Source: a virus (taxonomy: Duplodnaviria; Caudoviricetes). Taken from it: 52,782 nt of DNA. The notes under the pieces are model-generated. The model was not told where the DNA came from. It did no database searches and was given only the letters and a program-made list of their open reading frames with translations. The stretch covers positions 1-52,782 of the IMG/VR virus record IMGVR_UViG_3300017776_000018. One strand, 5' to 3'. Each line of letters begins with the position of its first letter. Within the stretch, counting starts at the first letter, position 1. A program made the position numbers and the translations under genes. This document shows, in pieces, positions 27,171 through 35,650 of the stretch.

Positions 27171-28757
27171 TTGCCGCAATCATTCAATCCAGGTCATAGG
27201 CCAAGTTCACCATTACACCCTGATGAACTGGTTTATTGCTCGGTTGATGATGTGGCGAACTTTCTTCAACTTCCGCTTCCCGACCCCGTAGCGTTATCAG
27301 GAGATAGCATCGTTGATGGCGACAATTTGAAGTTGCCAATCACAGGTGCAAATTATCGTCGTTGGAAAATTGAGAAGGACACCTCAATTACCGTTTATGA
27401 TGATGCAAATGCACTTGGGGAAACCTACACCGTTTTGAACGTTGAAAGTGGTGGAAGTGGCAACGTCAATATCATTGTTGTCCAAGTGGCAAGTGAAACG
27501 TTCACAACCGCCAATAGCGCACAAATCCAAGTCAATTCAGCCTTTACCAACTCCAAAGAGCGAGGCTTAACCAAATCACAGGTTGAAACGCTCATTCGTG
27601 AGAAGCAAGATTACATAGACACGGTTTGCCGCATGTCATGGCGACCCCAATTGGTTTCCGATGAATACCAAAACTTCACTACATTCAAGCCATATCGCCG
27701 CAGGTATTACACGGATTATGTCGGTGCGGTCTATTTGAGGAACAGATCGGTTCAACGTATTCTTCGACTGAGCGTGTGGCAAGGCGACAAATACCGAGAG
27801 TTGGGTTCATCTGTTATTAGAATGGCCGTCAAGTCTGTTGAGATGGGGGCCAGCGATAAATTGTTCATTTGCCCTGCTGTGGTTCATACGGCCACGCTAC
27901 AACGTGGCAAGACCTCGACCACGTGGGACGGGGATTTTGGCGACAAAACAACCGCACAAAACATTGCGAACCTCATCAACAAGGATAAAGCCACCAGTCG
28001 TGGTGATATTGCGATTGGAACGCTTCAAGAGAACAGCAAGCAACTTAACGTGCATGATGAGTTCTTGGCAACCGCCAATAGCGATGAGGGGGATGGCATC
28101 GTTATGCTATCGTCCATGCGCTCAACCGAAGAAGGCGAGGACATCACCATCGCTACAAACAACCCCAATTCTTTTGAGTTCTCATTGGGGTTAGACATAG
28201 AAAGCACCATTACAAACGTTGCTGGCTCAACCTTTACCGTAAGCAATGGAGAAACGTTCACCAAGCGTGAAGGGCTGGTCTTTTACACCACAGGGGGAGG
28301 AACAACCTATGTTGCTCGATGTAGCCGTGTTGGAAACGTATTTACAGTCAATGACGACACCTTGACCACAGGTTTTGTAGCAAACCTCGCCAACGATCTT
28401 GTTGTGAAGCAGTTGAGGTTGAAAACCGATGTCATAGATGAAGCCCGTCAAAAGGATTGGTGGTCAATGGAGGACAACGGGGCAATTATGTTCAACAACC
28501 AATACCCGTTCTATGAAAACCATTCTTTGAAGGTGTCCTACATTTATGGCGAGCGTTATTTGGATAAGGTGATTAAAGAGGCTTGCATCAAGTTGGTGTG
28601 CATGGACATTTACCTTACCGATGATTACACGGTGCTTTTCCCAGAAGGAACCAGCAACATTGACCTTAATGCAAAAGTGCAGAAGTTGGATGAAGAAGTG
28701 AAGCGTATGCTCATTCCGTATCAAGAGTCCATCATCGTTGCAGGGATGGGTGGTTGA
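27171..28757 (+). CDS. Head-tail adaptor (SPP1 gp15/HK97 gp6-like) with large insertions
   Basis: YCSVDDVANFL, LIREKQDYIDTVC and VSYIYG...IKEACIKLV adaptor motifs spread over 528 aa. Confidence 0.7.
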   Translation: MPQSFNPGHRPSSPLHPDELVYCSVDDVANFLQLPLPDPVALSGDSIVDGDNLKLPITGANYRRWKIEKDTSITVYDDANALGETYTVLNVESGGSGNVNIIVVQVASETFTTANSAQIQVNSAFTNSKERGLTKSQVETLIREKQDYIDTVCRMSWRPQLVSDEYQNFTTFKPYRRRYYTDYVGAVYLRNRSVQRILRLSVWQGDKYRELGSSVIRMAVKSVEMGASDKLFICPAVVHTATLQRGKTSTTWDGDFGDKTTAQNIANLINKDKATSRGDIAIGTLQENSKQLNVHDEFLATANSDEGDGIVMLSSMRSTEEGEDITIATNNPNSFEFSLGLDIESTITNVAGSTFTVSNGETFTKREGLVFYTTGGGTTYVARCSRVGNVFTVNDDTLTTGFVANLANDLVVKQLRLKTDVIDEARQKDWWSMEDNGAIMFNNQYPFYENHSLKVSYIYGERYLDKVIKEACIKLVCMDIYLTDDYTVLFPEGTSNIDLNAKVQKLDEEVKRMLIPYQESIIVAGMGG

Positions 28758-29027
28758 ATGCTTTACAAGTTCATGGAGGACTACTGCAAAGAGTTGAAGA
28801 AGTCCTTCAAAGCCCTTGAAAAATCAACAAAAGCAGCCATCAAGGGTGAGCCAAAATATCGGGACGGCCTCAAAGAACGTGAAGAAAAGTTGGTTGAGAT
28901 TGACGGCATCTCTATGACTGATGAAGATATAGAGGTGAATGTGGCAACACAGGCGCAATCAAGCCCATACCGCCGAAAGGTGAATGAGGATGCTCAACGT
29001 GTTTTGAAGGTGATGAAGGATGGCTAA
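28758..29027 (+). CDS. Hypothetical neck-region protein
   Basis: 89 aa, abuts both neighbours. Confidence 0.6.
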   Translation: MLYKFMEDYCKELKKSFKALEKSTKAAIKGEPKYRDGLKEREEKLVEIDGISMTDEDIEVNVATQAQSSPYRRKVNEDAQRVLKVMKDG

Positions 29028-29457
29028 GGATGCACTTCTCGCTATTCGGGATTTGCTCGATTCCAATTGGAACGTATCGCCCAAGCCATCCATTGAGGAC
29101 ATCACGGTTTTGGACAAAGGCGAGGGGAAACGTGGTCGCCTTCAAGACCATGACATCATCCGTATTTTTGAAACGGCACATAACGAGGCTCAACCAGAAC
29201 TGTTGTTTGATTTTGTGAATATCAACGTCAATCTCACCATTGATATTCGCACCGTTAAGAGTCGAGAGCGACTATCTGCATTGAGGGATGAGGTTCGGCG
29301 CATCCTTCATAAGCACAGAAAGGGCAACAATAACGACTTTGACAGGGTTATATTCAAGACGAGAACGGATTTGTCGGACCGTAGCAAGAGGTTCTTTCGT
29401 TATACAATGCAATGCGAAGTTGCGATTTTTGCCGATACGTTAGAAACGATTACATGA
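29020..29457 (+). CDS. Putative tail terminator/completion protein
   Basis: 145 aa immediately before the tail tube gene; IRDLLDSNW...LTIDIRT...EVRRIL pattern. Confidence 0.6.
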   Translation: MAKDALLAIRDLLDSNWNVSPKPSIEDITVLDKGEGKRGRLQDHDIIRIFETAHNEAQPELLFDFVNINVNLTIDIRTVKSRERLSALRDEVRRILHKHRKGNNNDFDRVIFKTRTDLSDRSKRFFRYTMQCEVAIFADTLETIT

Positions 29458-29467
29458 GGAATGAAAC

Positions 29468-31888
29468 ATGGTTGGAACAATTTTTAAGGGCGACGTAGCC
29501 GAAGTGTCATGGGGCAAAGAAACGGGTCTTATGGCTCAAGGAACAGGTTCAGCGACAGGTTTTGCTCATACGACCACATCAGGCAACACCAGCCTTCTTA
29601 CAATCGGAACTGGCGTTTATTGGCACACAGGATCGGGAACTGATGTTGAGATTCCCGACAACGCATTGGTCGGTTGCATCCTTCGCATCACAGGCGGGGG
29701 CAATTTTACCGCCGACGACTACGCATCAACTCGACGCACGTATTATGTCATTGCGAATGACACCACGGCAGGAACAATCACCGTTCAACCAGCATTGGCT
29801 ACGAATGCAGCGACAAATGGTCTAACAACCGACATTTTGGTGCTTGACACCAACCGTTGCCCAACCTTTGAATCGGCCATGACTGATGCAGCACAACAGG
29901 TCAAGACCGACCAATTCTTCGGACTTCTTGACAATTTCTCCCTCCCTGAGCCTGAGATTGATGTTCGCAAGCAACACATTGTCGGCATGGGCCGTGATGT
30001 GAACGTCCTCACAAGTGGTCGTGAAACCCTTGCTGGCGGTTCTTTCACCCTCAATGCTCACACCCTGCGTTGGATGAAATATGCGCTTGGAGGCCACGTG
30101 GCAAAGAGCAAGGGTGAGTTCGCTGAGGTGAGCGACAATTCCGATGGTTCAATCACCGATGCTGAATTGCCTCTCAACATCAAACAAACAACGTCTTTGG
30201 TTTATCGTGTTCGTGCTTATGGCGGCGCAACTCAAGACGACTTGACAGGAATTACCGCCGCAAACAAATTGTCTGGCCTCAACGCAGCGACAATTTCAAA
30301 TGGCGATAACTTGCTAATCGGTAGCAAAACCGCCAGCGATACGGGAACTGAGATTACTTCCACCGTTGCTCTTGACTCAAGCCATGAAGTCATTGACTCA
30401 ACGAATGGAGGCATTTTCAAAACCTTGAGTTCTGGTGGTGAGCCTCTTTATGGTTCATTCTCAACGATTGCTGGTGATGTCCTCACAACTGACACCATCG
30501 TTGGTGGTTCAGGTTATTCGGGTGGAACAGGTGTAGCGACAACAGGCGGAACTGGAACTGGTTTGACTGTGAACACCACCGTTAGCACAGGTGCAATAAC
30601 TGGTATTGCCATCAACGCTGCTGGCTCAGGCTACACCGTAGGCGACATAATCACCGTATCTGGTGGTGGCGGGAATGGAACATTCCGTGTTGCGACAGTT
30701 GATGAAAAGGTCTTGAGAGGTGTTGCCGACATTGATACAAACGCAAAAACGCAAGGTCAAGCCGCAGATCATGTGGTCTATTTGCTCGCCCCTCTTCAAG
30801 CCGCAATTGCTCGACGTGATGTGCGAGTCAATCTCGGTTCAACAACTGCTGGAAAGTTCGTTGCTGGCGACTACATTCAAATCGTGGATAAGGACACGCA
30901 TTCAATCCCAGGTCAAGACGACACCCTCCCAACGGTGTTCAAGAATGAAATCCGCAGGGTTATTGCCGTTGATGGTGCTTACGTCTATGTTGAAGAACCA
31001 TTCTTCTTTGCACATTCTGTTGGATCGGTGGGCGTTGAAAGACTCCAATACGCATCCGATGATGCAAGAGGAAGCCCAAACATCGTTTCAACAACCAAAG
31101 AACTTCAATTTGGTGTTGAACACACCCTATTTGGCGATACTTCACTTCCAACGTTTATGATTGAGCAATCATTCCGAAGGGACAACGCAACGCCTGGAAC
31201 TGAGCAGTTGCTACGCCTTTACAATGGATGCAAAGTGGGCGGTATGTCCTTCTCAGCAAACACCGAAGGCGAGGTCAAGTTGCAGGTTGATTATGAGGGT
31301 GGCCGACACTATACCGACACGGCAAGTGCGTTCACCCCACACCGCATGTTTGAGAACACGGCAAACACCGCCATTAACCGCAAAGCATCTGGCATTGCCG
31401 TCAATGGTGAAAAGCCGTATCTATTCCAAGACCTCTCCTTTGAGGTGTTCGGACGGCCTGTGTTGCGAGCAACCCAAATTGAGTTCTCCATCAATAACTC
31501 CAACGCTGCCCGACACTTCATTCGTGGATATGAGGGCAACACCACCGATAATGACCAAGTTCAGTTGGGCGGTGTGCAGATGCCTCTTGACATCACCGAA
31601 GCACAACGAGAATACACCTTCTCCTTTAGCGCAATGATTGAGGACGACCAACTGTGGGAACAGATTCGAACCCGCAAGCACCATCAAAACACAAATGACA
31701 TCACCTTGACCATGAAGAAGCGTGGAAGCAATAGCACACGTGAAAACGCTACAATCACCATTGAGGACTACACTATCACAAAAGCCGACCACCAAATGCC
31801 TGATGATAAAGGGGCAGTTATCGTGCAAGTCGAATTGGTGGTTCGCCACCTAAAAGTTGTGGAGAACTCGATTTATTTCACGCTTTGA
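29468..31888 (+). CDS. Major tail tube protein with large inserted domains
   Basis: N-terminal GDVAEVSWGKE and C-terminal LPTFMIE...YNGCKVGGMSFS...IEFSINN...REYTFSF tube-like segments; upstream of the chaperones and tape measure. Confidence 0.7.
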   Translation: MVGTIFKGDVAEVSWGKETGLMAQGTGSATGFAHTTTSGNTSLLTIGTGVYWHTGSGTDVEIPDNALVGCILRITGGGNFTADDYASTRRTYYVIANDTTAGTITVQPALATNAATNGLTTDILVLDTNRCPTFESAMTDAAQQVKTDQFFGLLDNFSLPEPEIDVRKQHIVGMGRDVNVLTSGRETLAGGSFTLNAHTLRWMKYALGGHVAKSKGEFAEVSDNSDGSITDAELPLNIKQTTSLVYRVRAYGGATQDDLTGITAANKLSGLNAATISNGDNLLIGSKTASDTGTEITSTVALDSSHEVIDSTNGGIFKTLSSGGEPLYGSFSTIAGDVLTTDTIVGGSGYSGGTGVATTGGTGTGLTVNTTVSTGAITGIAINAAGSGYTVGDIITVSGGGGNGTFRVATVDEKVLRGVADIDTNAKTQGQAADHVVYLLAPLQAAIARRDVRVNLGSTTAGKFVAGDYIQIVDKDTHSIPGQDDTLPTVFKNEIRRVIAVDGAYVYVEEPFFFAHSVGSVGVERLQYASDDARGSPNIVSTTKELQFGVEHTLFGDTSLPTFMIEQSFRRDNATPGTEQLLRLYNGCKVGGMSFSANTEGEVKLQVDYEGGRHYTDTASAFTPHRMFENTANTAINRKASGIAVNGEKPYLFQDLSFEVFGRPVLRATQIEFSINNSNAARHFIRGYEGNTTDNDQVQLGGVQMPLDITEAQREYTFSFSAMIEDDQLWEQIRTRKHHQNTNDITLTMKKRGSNSTRENATITIEDYTITKADHQMPDDKGAVIVQVELVVRHLKVVENSIYFTL

Positions 31889-31927
31889 TGATGAGGCTTT
31901 AAGACAAAAGAATGCAACGGTGATATA

Positions 31928-32281
31928 ATGAGATTGACTGGAACTGTGAATGTTGATGGAAAGCGTGTGGCTTTGGATTGGAAAATTGATGGCGTGTCGG
32001 TAAAGGCTGGTCCTGGTCTTTCAGCCGACAATGTGAAGGTTCACACTTCACTACCCAACTTGGCAAAAGCAATGCCTGGTGAGCCAGCACCGATTGAAGA
32101 AGTTGTTTCACACCGATATGATGCAATGAACGTTTCCGAACTCCGCATTGAACTTGAACGTCGTGGCTTGCCTGTTTCTGGAAAGAAAGCCGATCTCGTT
32201 GGACTCTTGATTGAGTCGGACTCCATCGGTGAAGAACCCGAAGAAGTTGTTGAAGAAGGAGAGGAAGAGGTTGTCGAATAA
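31928..32281 (+). CDS. SAP-domain protein with acidic tail
   Basis: YDAMNVSELRIELERRGLPVSGKKADLVGLL is a SAP motif; CGGTGA RBS. Confidence 0.8.
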   Translation: MRLTGTVNVDGKRVALDWKIDGVSVKAGPGLSADNVKVHTSLPNLAKAMPGEPAPIEEVVSHRYDAMNVSELRIELERRGLPVSGKKADLVGLLIESDSIGEEPEEVVEEGEEEVVE

Positions 32282-32624
32282 TCCCTTCACCCTCAGCAGC
32301 ACACCTCAACGGCATGAATTGGAAACACCAGTCGGCACGTTGGTTGTTTTTGTCAAGCCTCTTTCATGGATTGAGCAGCAAGAGGCCATGTCCCAATTTG
32401 TTTCATTCAAGACTGGTGCTGATGGCGAAGTCGCACCCAACATTGACCTTGGCGGCTATTGGCGATACGTTCTCACCAACTGCATAACCAAGACTGAACC
32501 GACATTGAGCAAGAAGGATTTGCTCAACCTCACCCCTGAAGTGGGCGACGTTATCCGAACAGTCCTCCCTGACTTGAATGACATCATCGGGCAATTTGCT
32601 GGCGGTGCTGACCCTTTGGGCTAA
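32271..32624 (+). CDS. Tail assembly chaperone (lambda gpG-like)
   Basis: TTG start after a purine-rich RBS; lies between tail tube and tape measure; ends at a slippery site. Confidence 0.7.
   Translation: MSNNPFTLSSTPQRHELETPVGTLVVFVKPLSWIEQQEAMSQFVSFKTGADGEVAPNIDLGGYWRYVLTNCITKTEPTLSKKDLLNLTPEVGDVIRTVLPDLNDIIGQFAGGADPLG
32612..32618 (+). other. Programmed -1 ribosomal frameshift slippery site C CCT TTG
   Basis: X XXY YYZ heptamer in the correct phase, ending one codon before the stop; the -1 frame is open and continues into ORF 32636-32974. Confidence 0.75.
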
Positions 32625-32974
32625 CCTACGAGGATTTGGTCTTGTTCCTCGATGAAGAAACGCCCGAAAGCGAAAGGCCAGAACTCAACGTTCAACAGGC
32701 AACCATCCTGTCGTATCAGGCCATCACGTTTGGATTGGGAACTCATTTCAATTGCCCCCCTCACCTTTGGGACGACCAACCACCAGATCGCGTCATGCTT
32801 GACTACATGATAATGCGAGCAGCCAACGACAAAAAGGCTGAAATGCTTGACCGAATGAAAAAAGAGGCTGAAAGGCAAATGAAACACGGAAGAGGCAATA
32901 AGGGGCAACCACTACGCACAACAAGTGATGCTGACTTTTTCGAGCGTCATAATGCAAAAATGATGGGTGAATAG
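32612..32974 (+). CDS. Frameshift extension of tail chaperone (gpGT-like)
   Basis: The -1 frame reads PFGLTYEDLVLFLDEE...; it has only a weak TTG start of its own. Confidence 0.7.
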   Translation, partial: PFGLTYEDLVLFLDEETPESERPELNVQQATILSYQAITFGLGTHFNCPPHLWDDQPPDRVMLDYMIMRAANDKKAEMLDRMKKEAERQMKHGRGNKGQPLRTTSDADFFERHNAKMMGE

Positions 32975-32975
32975 G

Positions 32976-34400
32976 ATGGCTGACGAACTCAACAAGTTCC
33001 TTACGAGTCAAGCGAGGCTGAATACGCTTGCTAAGGAACAGGGGAAGTCAATGAACCTGTTGAACGTGCGATATAAATTGCTGAACAAGGTTCTTGGGCC
33101 ATTTTACACGAAATACATTGACCTCAAAAACGGAATGGAAACCGCAAGTGATGTTTTCAAAATGGCAATTGGACAGGTAGGGAAATTGGGCGAAGCATTC
33201 AAAATTGCCTTGAAGCCACTTACCGCAACGCTTGGTGTGTTCAAAAAAATAACGACGATAATGACGTTTGTTTTGGGCGCATTTGCCTTAGTTGGGGGGG
33301 CGGTGTTCCTGCTCACAAAACACTTTGGAGGCGGTGAACTTGCACTTTCAAGTTTCCAATCGGTGATTGAATCAGGGAAAAAGGTGCTTGAAACATTCAA
33401 AAGTGCATTTTTCGGATTGATTGAAACATTGGGGGGGCTTGACTACGAAAGCATTGTTGCGGCTCTCATGCCTTCACTTGAGGGGGCTATGGCGGTTCTG
33501 GCACAAATCATGATTCTTTGGCATTCGTTGATGAACGCAATGATTGAGGGCATTGGAACCCTTGTCGCAACCTTACAAGAAGCAGGATTTTTCCAAAAGG
33601 CTTCGGATGCTTTCAATGCGTTGATGGCGATTCTTGGTGCGGCGTTTGTGGTTGCCGTGGATGCCATCGAAAAAATAGGTGAAGTGGTGGTCAAAATCAC
33701 AAGAGGAATTATGAAGGTTGTCAATGGAATTATCAGTTTCCTTTTCAATAGCGGCCTCATTGACTTTGCGATCACGGTTGTGAAATACGTCGTGGTCATA
33801 AACGTCGCAATTGCCGTTCTTGCTGGTGCATTCCTTAAATTATTCTTCCGTGTTTGGGGGCAACTCGGACCGCCTTTGATTCGCTTTGTTGCGGCTTTCT
33901 TTGGATTCCTTGAGCCAATTATTCGCATTATCACAGGCATTTTGGGTTTGGTCATGGAAGCCATTATGGGGCTTATCATGTGGTTGTTGCCTTACATCAC
34001 AACCGCTATGGATGGGATGATGGTTATTCTTCAACCAATCATTGATGCTATCACGTTCATTCTTGATGGTGCAAGCAAAGCATTGGAGTTTGGAGGCAAC
34101 TTGATAGGCGGTGCTGCTGACCTCTTAGGATTCAGCGATGGTGGAGTCGCCACAGGGCCAACAAGTGGCTATCCTGTGGCTTTACACGGAACTGAGGCGG
34201 TTGTTCCCCTCCCTGATGGTCGAACCATCCCCGTATCAATCAAAGGCGATGTTGGCGGTGGAGGGCAAACAAACAACATCAACATCAGCGTAAGCGGTGG
34301 AGGCAACGCAAGGGAAATCGCAAAGGCCGTGAGCGATGAAGTGAGCAAGGTTCTTCGCAACCGTTCAAGAGGCGGCAACTTCACAAGGGGTGTGATGTGA
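32976..34400 (+). CDS. Tail tape measure protein
   Basis: Long amphipathic/hydrophobic helical repeats; C-terminal FSDGGVATGP...HGTEAVVPL...NINISVSG, typical of tape measure C-termini. Confidence 0.85.
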   Translation: MADELNKFLTSQARLNTLAKEQGKSMNLLNVRYKLLNKVLGPFYTKYIDLKNGMETASDVFKMAIGQVGKLGEAFKIALKPLTATLGVFKKITTIMTFVLGAFALVGGAVFLLTKHFGGGELALSSFQSVIESGKKVLETFKSAFFGLIETLGGLDYESIVAALMPSLEGAMAVLAQIMILWHSLMNAMIEGIGTLVATLQEAGFFQKASDAFNALMAILGAAFVVAVDAIEKIGEVVVKITRGIMKVVNGIISFLFNSGLIDFAITVVKYVVVINVAIAVLAGAFLKLFFRVWGQLGPPLIRFVAAFFGFLEPIIRIITGILGLVMEAIMGLIMWLLPYITTAMDGMMVILQPIIDAITFILDGASKALEFGGNLIGGAADLLGFSDGGVATGPTSGYPVALHGTEAVVPLPDGRTIPVSIKGDVGGGGQTNNINISVSGGGNAREIAKAVSDEVSKVLRNRSRGGNFTRGVM

Positions 34401-34401
34401 T

Positions 34402-35634
34402 ATGCCTATGATTCAACTTATTCGAAGAGATAGCACCATCATTGAACTTGAAGCAACGGACATTCAATTTTCTTTTCTTCGAAAGGTTTTGGTTCACACG
34501 GTTCCTCTTCTCGCTACACGTGCTGCTTTGGACTTGAACACGCCAGAAGTTGGAATCACGATAAATGGAATCATCACCGACGATGAACAGGCAAAAGGCG
34601 ACTCATCGGCTGAAATGACCCTTGACCTGTCGTTAGCGTTTGGATCGGCGGGTGCTGGCTCTTGGTATCAATCCCTTGATACGACATGGGCAAGCGTCAA
34701 GACTGAGATGGATGGGGCATCAATCAAGTTCTCAACGAAAGGACAAATTGATGCAGACCTTGGCGAAAGCATTGAGTTGCAGTTGAAGAATGGAAGTGGT
34801 TCAAACGTTGTGGCTACGGCCAGCATAATTTACGCCAACATTTCCTCCACCACCAACACAAGTGGGGTGTCGTCGGCAATCAAGACGGCTTTAGAAGCGG
34901 CCAGCATCAAGGTCAATGGCTCAACTGTGGCTTTTACAACTGAGGCTACGGTATCAACAAAAGCAGGGCAAGCGGCATCTGTTTCTTATCACAACCAAAA
35001 TGGTTCGACAGGTGCTTACACCGATGAAATGCTGGTTGTCAAAAACAAAGCAACAGGGGCAAACGGCAATTCCACCGTGGCGGTTCGGAAAATCGCCAGT
35101 TCAAGTTCAACCAATTGGACAAAGCAATTCTTTGTTTCCGACTTTTCAGGTGGCGTTGATGGTGTCAAAATGACACGTGGAGATAAATTGCAGGATTTAA
35201 TCAACTCAATTACAAATCCAAGTGCTGGTGGTGCGCTCATCAGTCCCAACGTATTGACAGGATCGCTGATTGACCTTCCAGATTCCATAGCCTCTTTTGA
35301 CTCAGCACAATTCCTCCGCATTGACCAAGCAAAGGCCGTCAAAAAATACATCATCGGTGTTCGCATACCGTATGAGTCCATTGTTTCATCAACGTCTGGC
35401 AACAGGGAGTTGCGACAGTTCTTGATTCCAGCAGGACCAGGAACAGACCATAGCGCAGAATCAAACACACAAGACTTTGACCCTGTGGAAATCATCAACA
35501 ACAAACCAGTTCGACCAAATCCATTCTTGCAGCAAGGCGTTGCCATTCCTTGTGTTGTTCAGGGTTTTGATCCAGGCTATGAAGCGGGTGATTCCGTATG
35601 GACCTATCAAATCACCTTGATGCCTGTTGAATAG
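34402..35634 (+). CDS. Putative distal tail (Dit-like) protein with insertion
   Basis: Directly after the tape measure gene; ITINGII and WTYQITL terminal strands; S/T/G-rich central insert. Confidence 0.55.
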   Translation: MPMIQLIRRDSTIIELEATDIQFSFLRKVLVHTVPLLATRAALDLNTPEVGITINGIITDDEQAKGDSSAEMTLDLSLAFGSAGAGSWYQSLDTTWASVKTEMDGASIKFSTKGQIDADLGESIELQLKNGSGSNVVATASIIYANISSTTNTSGVSSAIKTALEAASIKVNGSTVAFTTEATVSTKAGQAASVSYHNQNGSTGAYTDEMLVVKNKATGANGNSTVAVRKIASSSSTNWTKQFFVSDFSGGVDGVKMTRGDKLQDLINSITNPSAGGALISPNVLTGSLIDLPDSIASFDSAQFLRIDQAKAVKKYIIGVRIPYESIVSSTSGNRELRQFLIPAGPGTDHSAESNTQDFDPVEIINNKPVRPNPFLQQGVAIPCVVQGFDPGYEAGDSVWTYQITLMPVE

Positions 35635-35650
35635 TTGGTGGGATTGTGAA

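Noticed and set aside
29468-31888. 806-aa protein as a contractile tail sheath
   Set aside because: Its size is sheath-like, but the terminal motifs look tube-like, no separate tube gene follows, and no baseplate wedge genes are evident.
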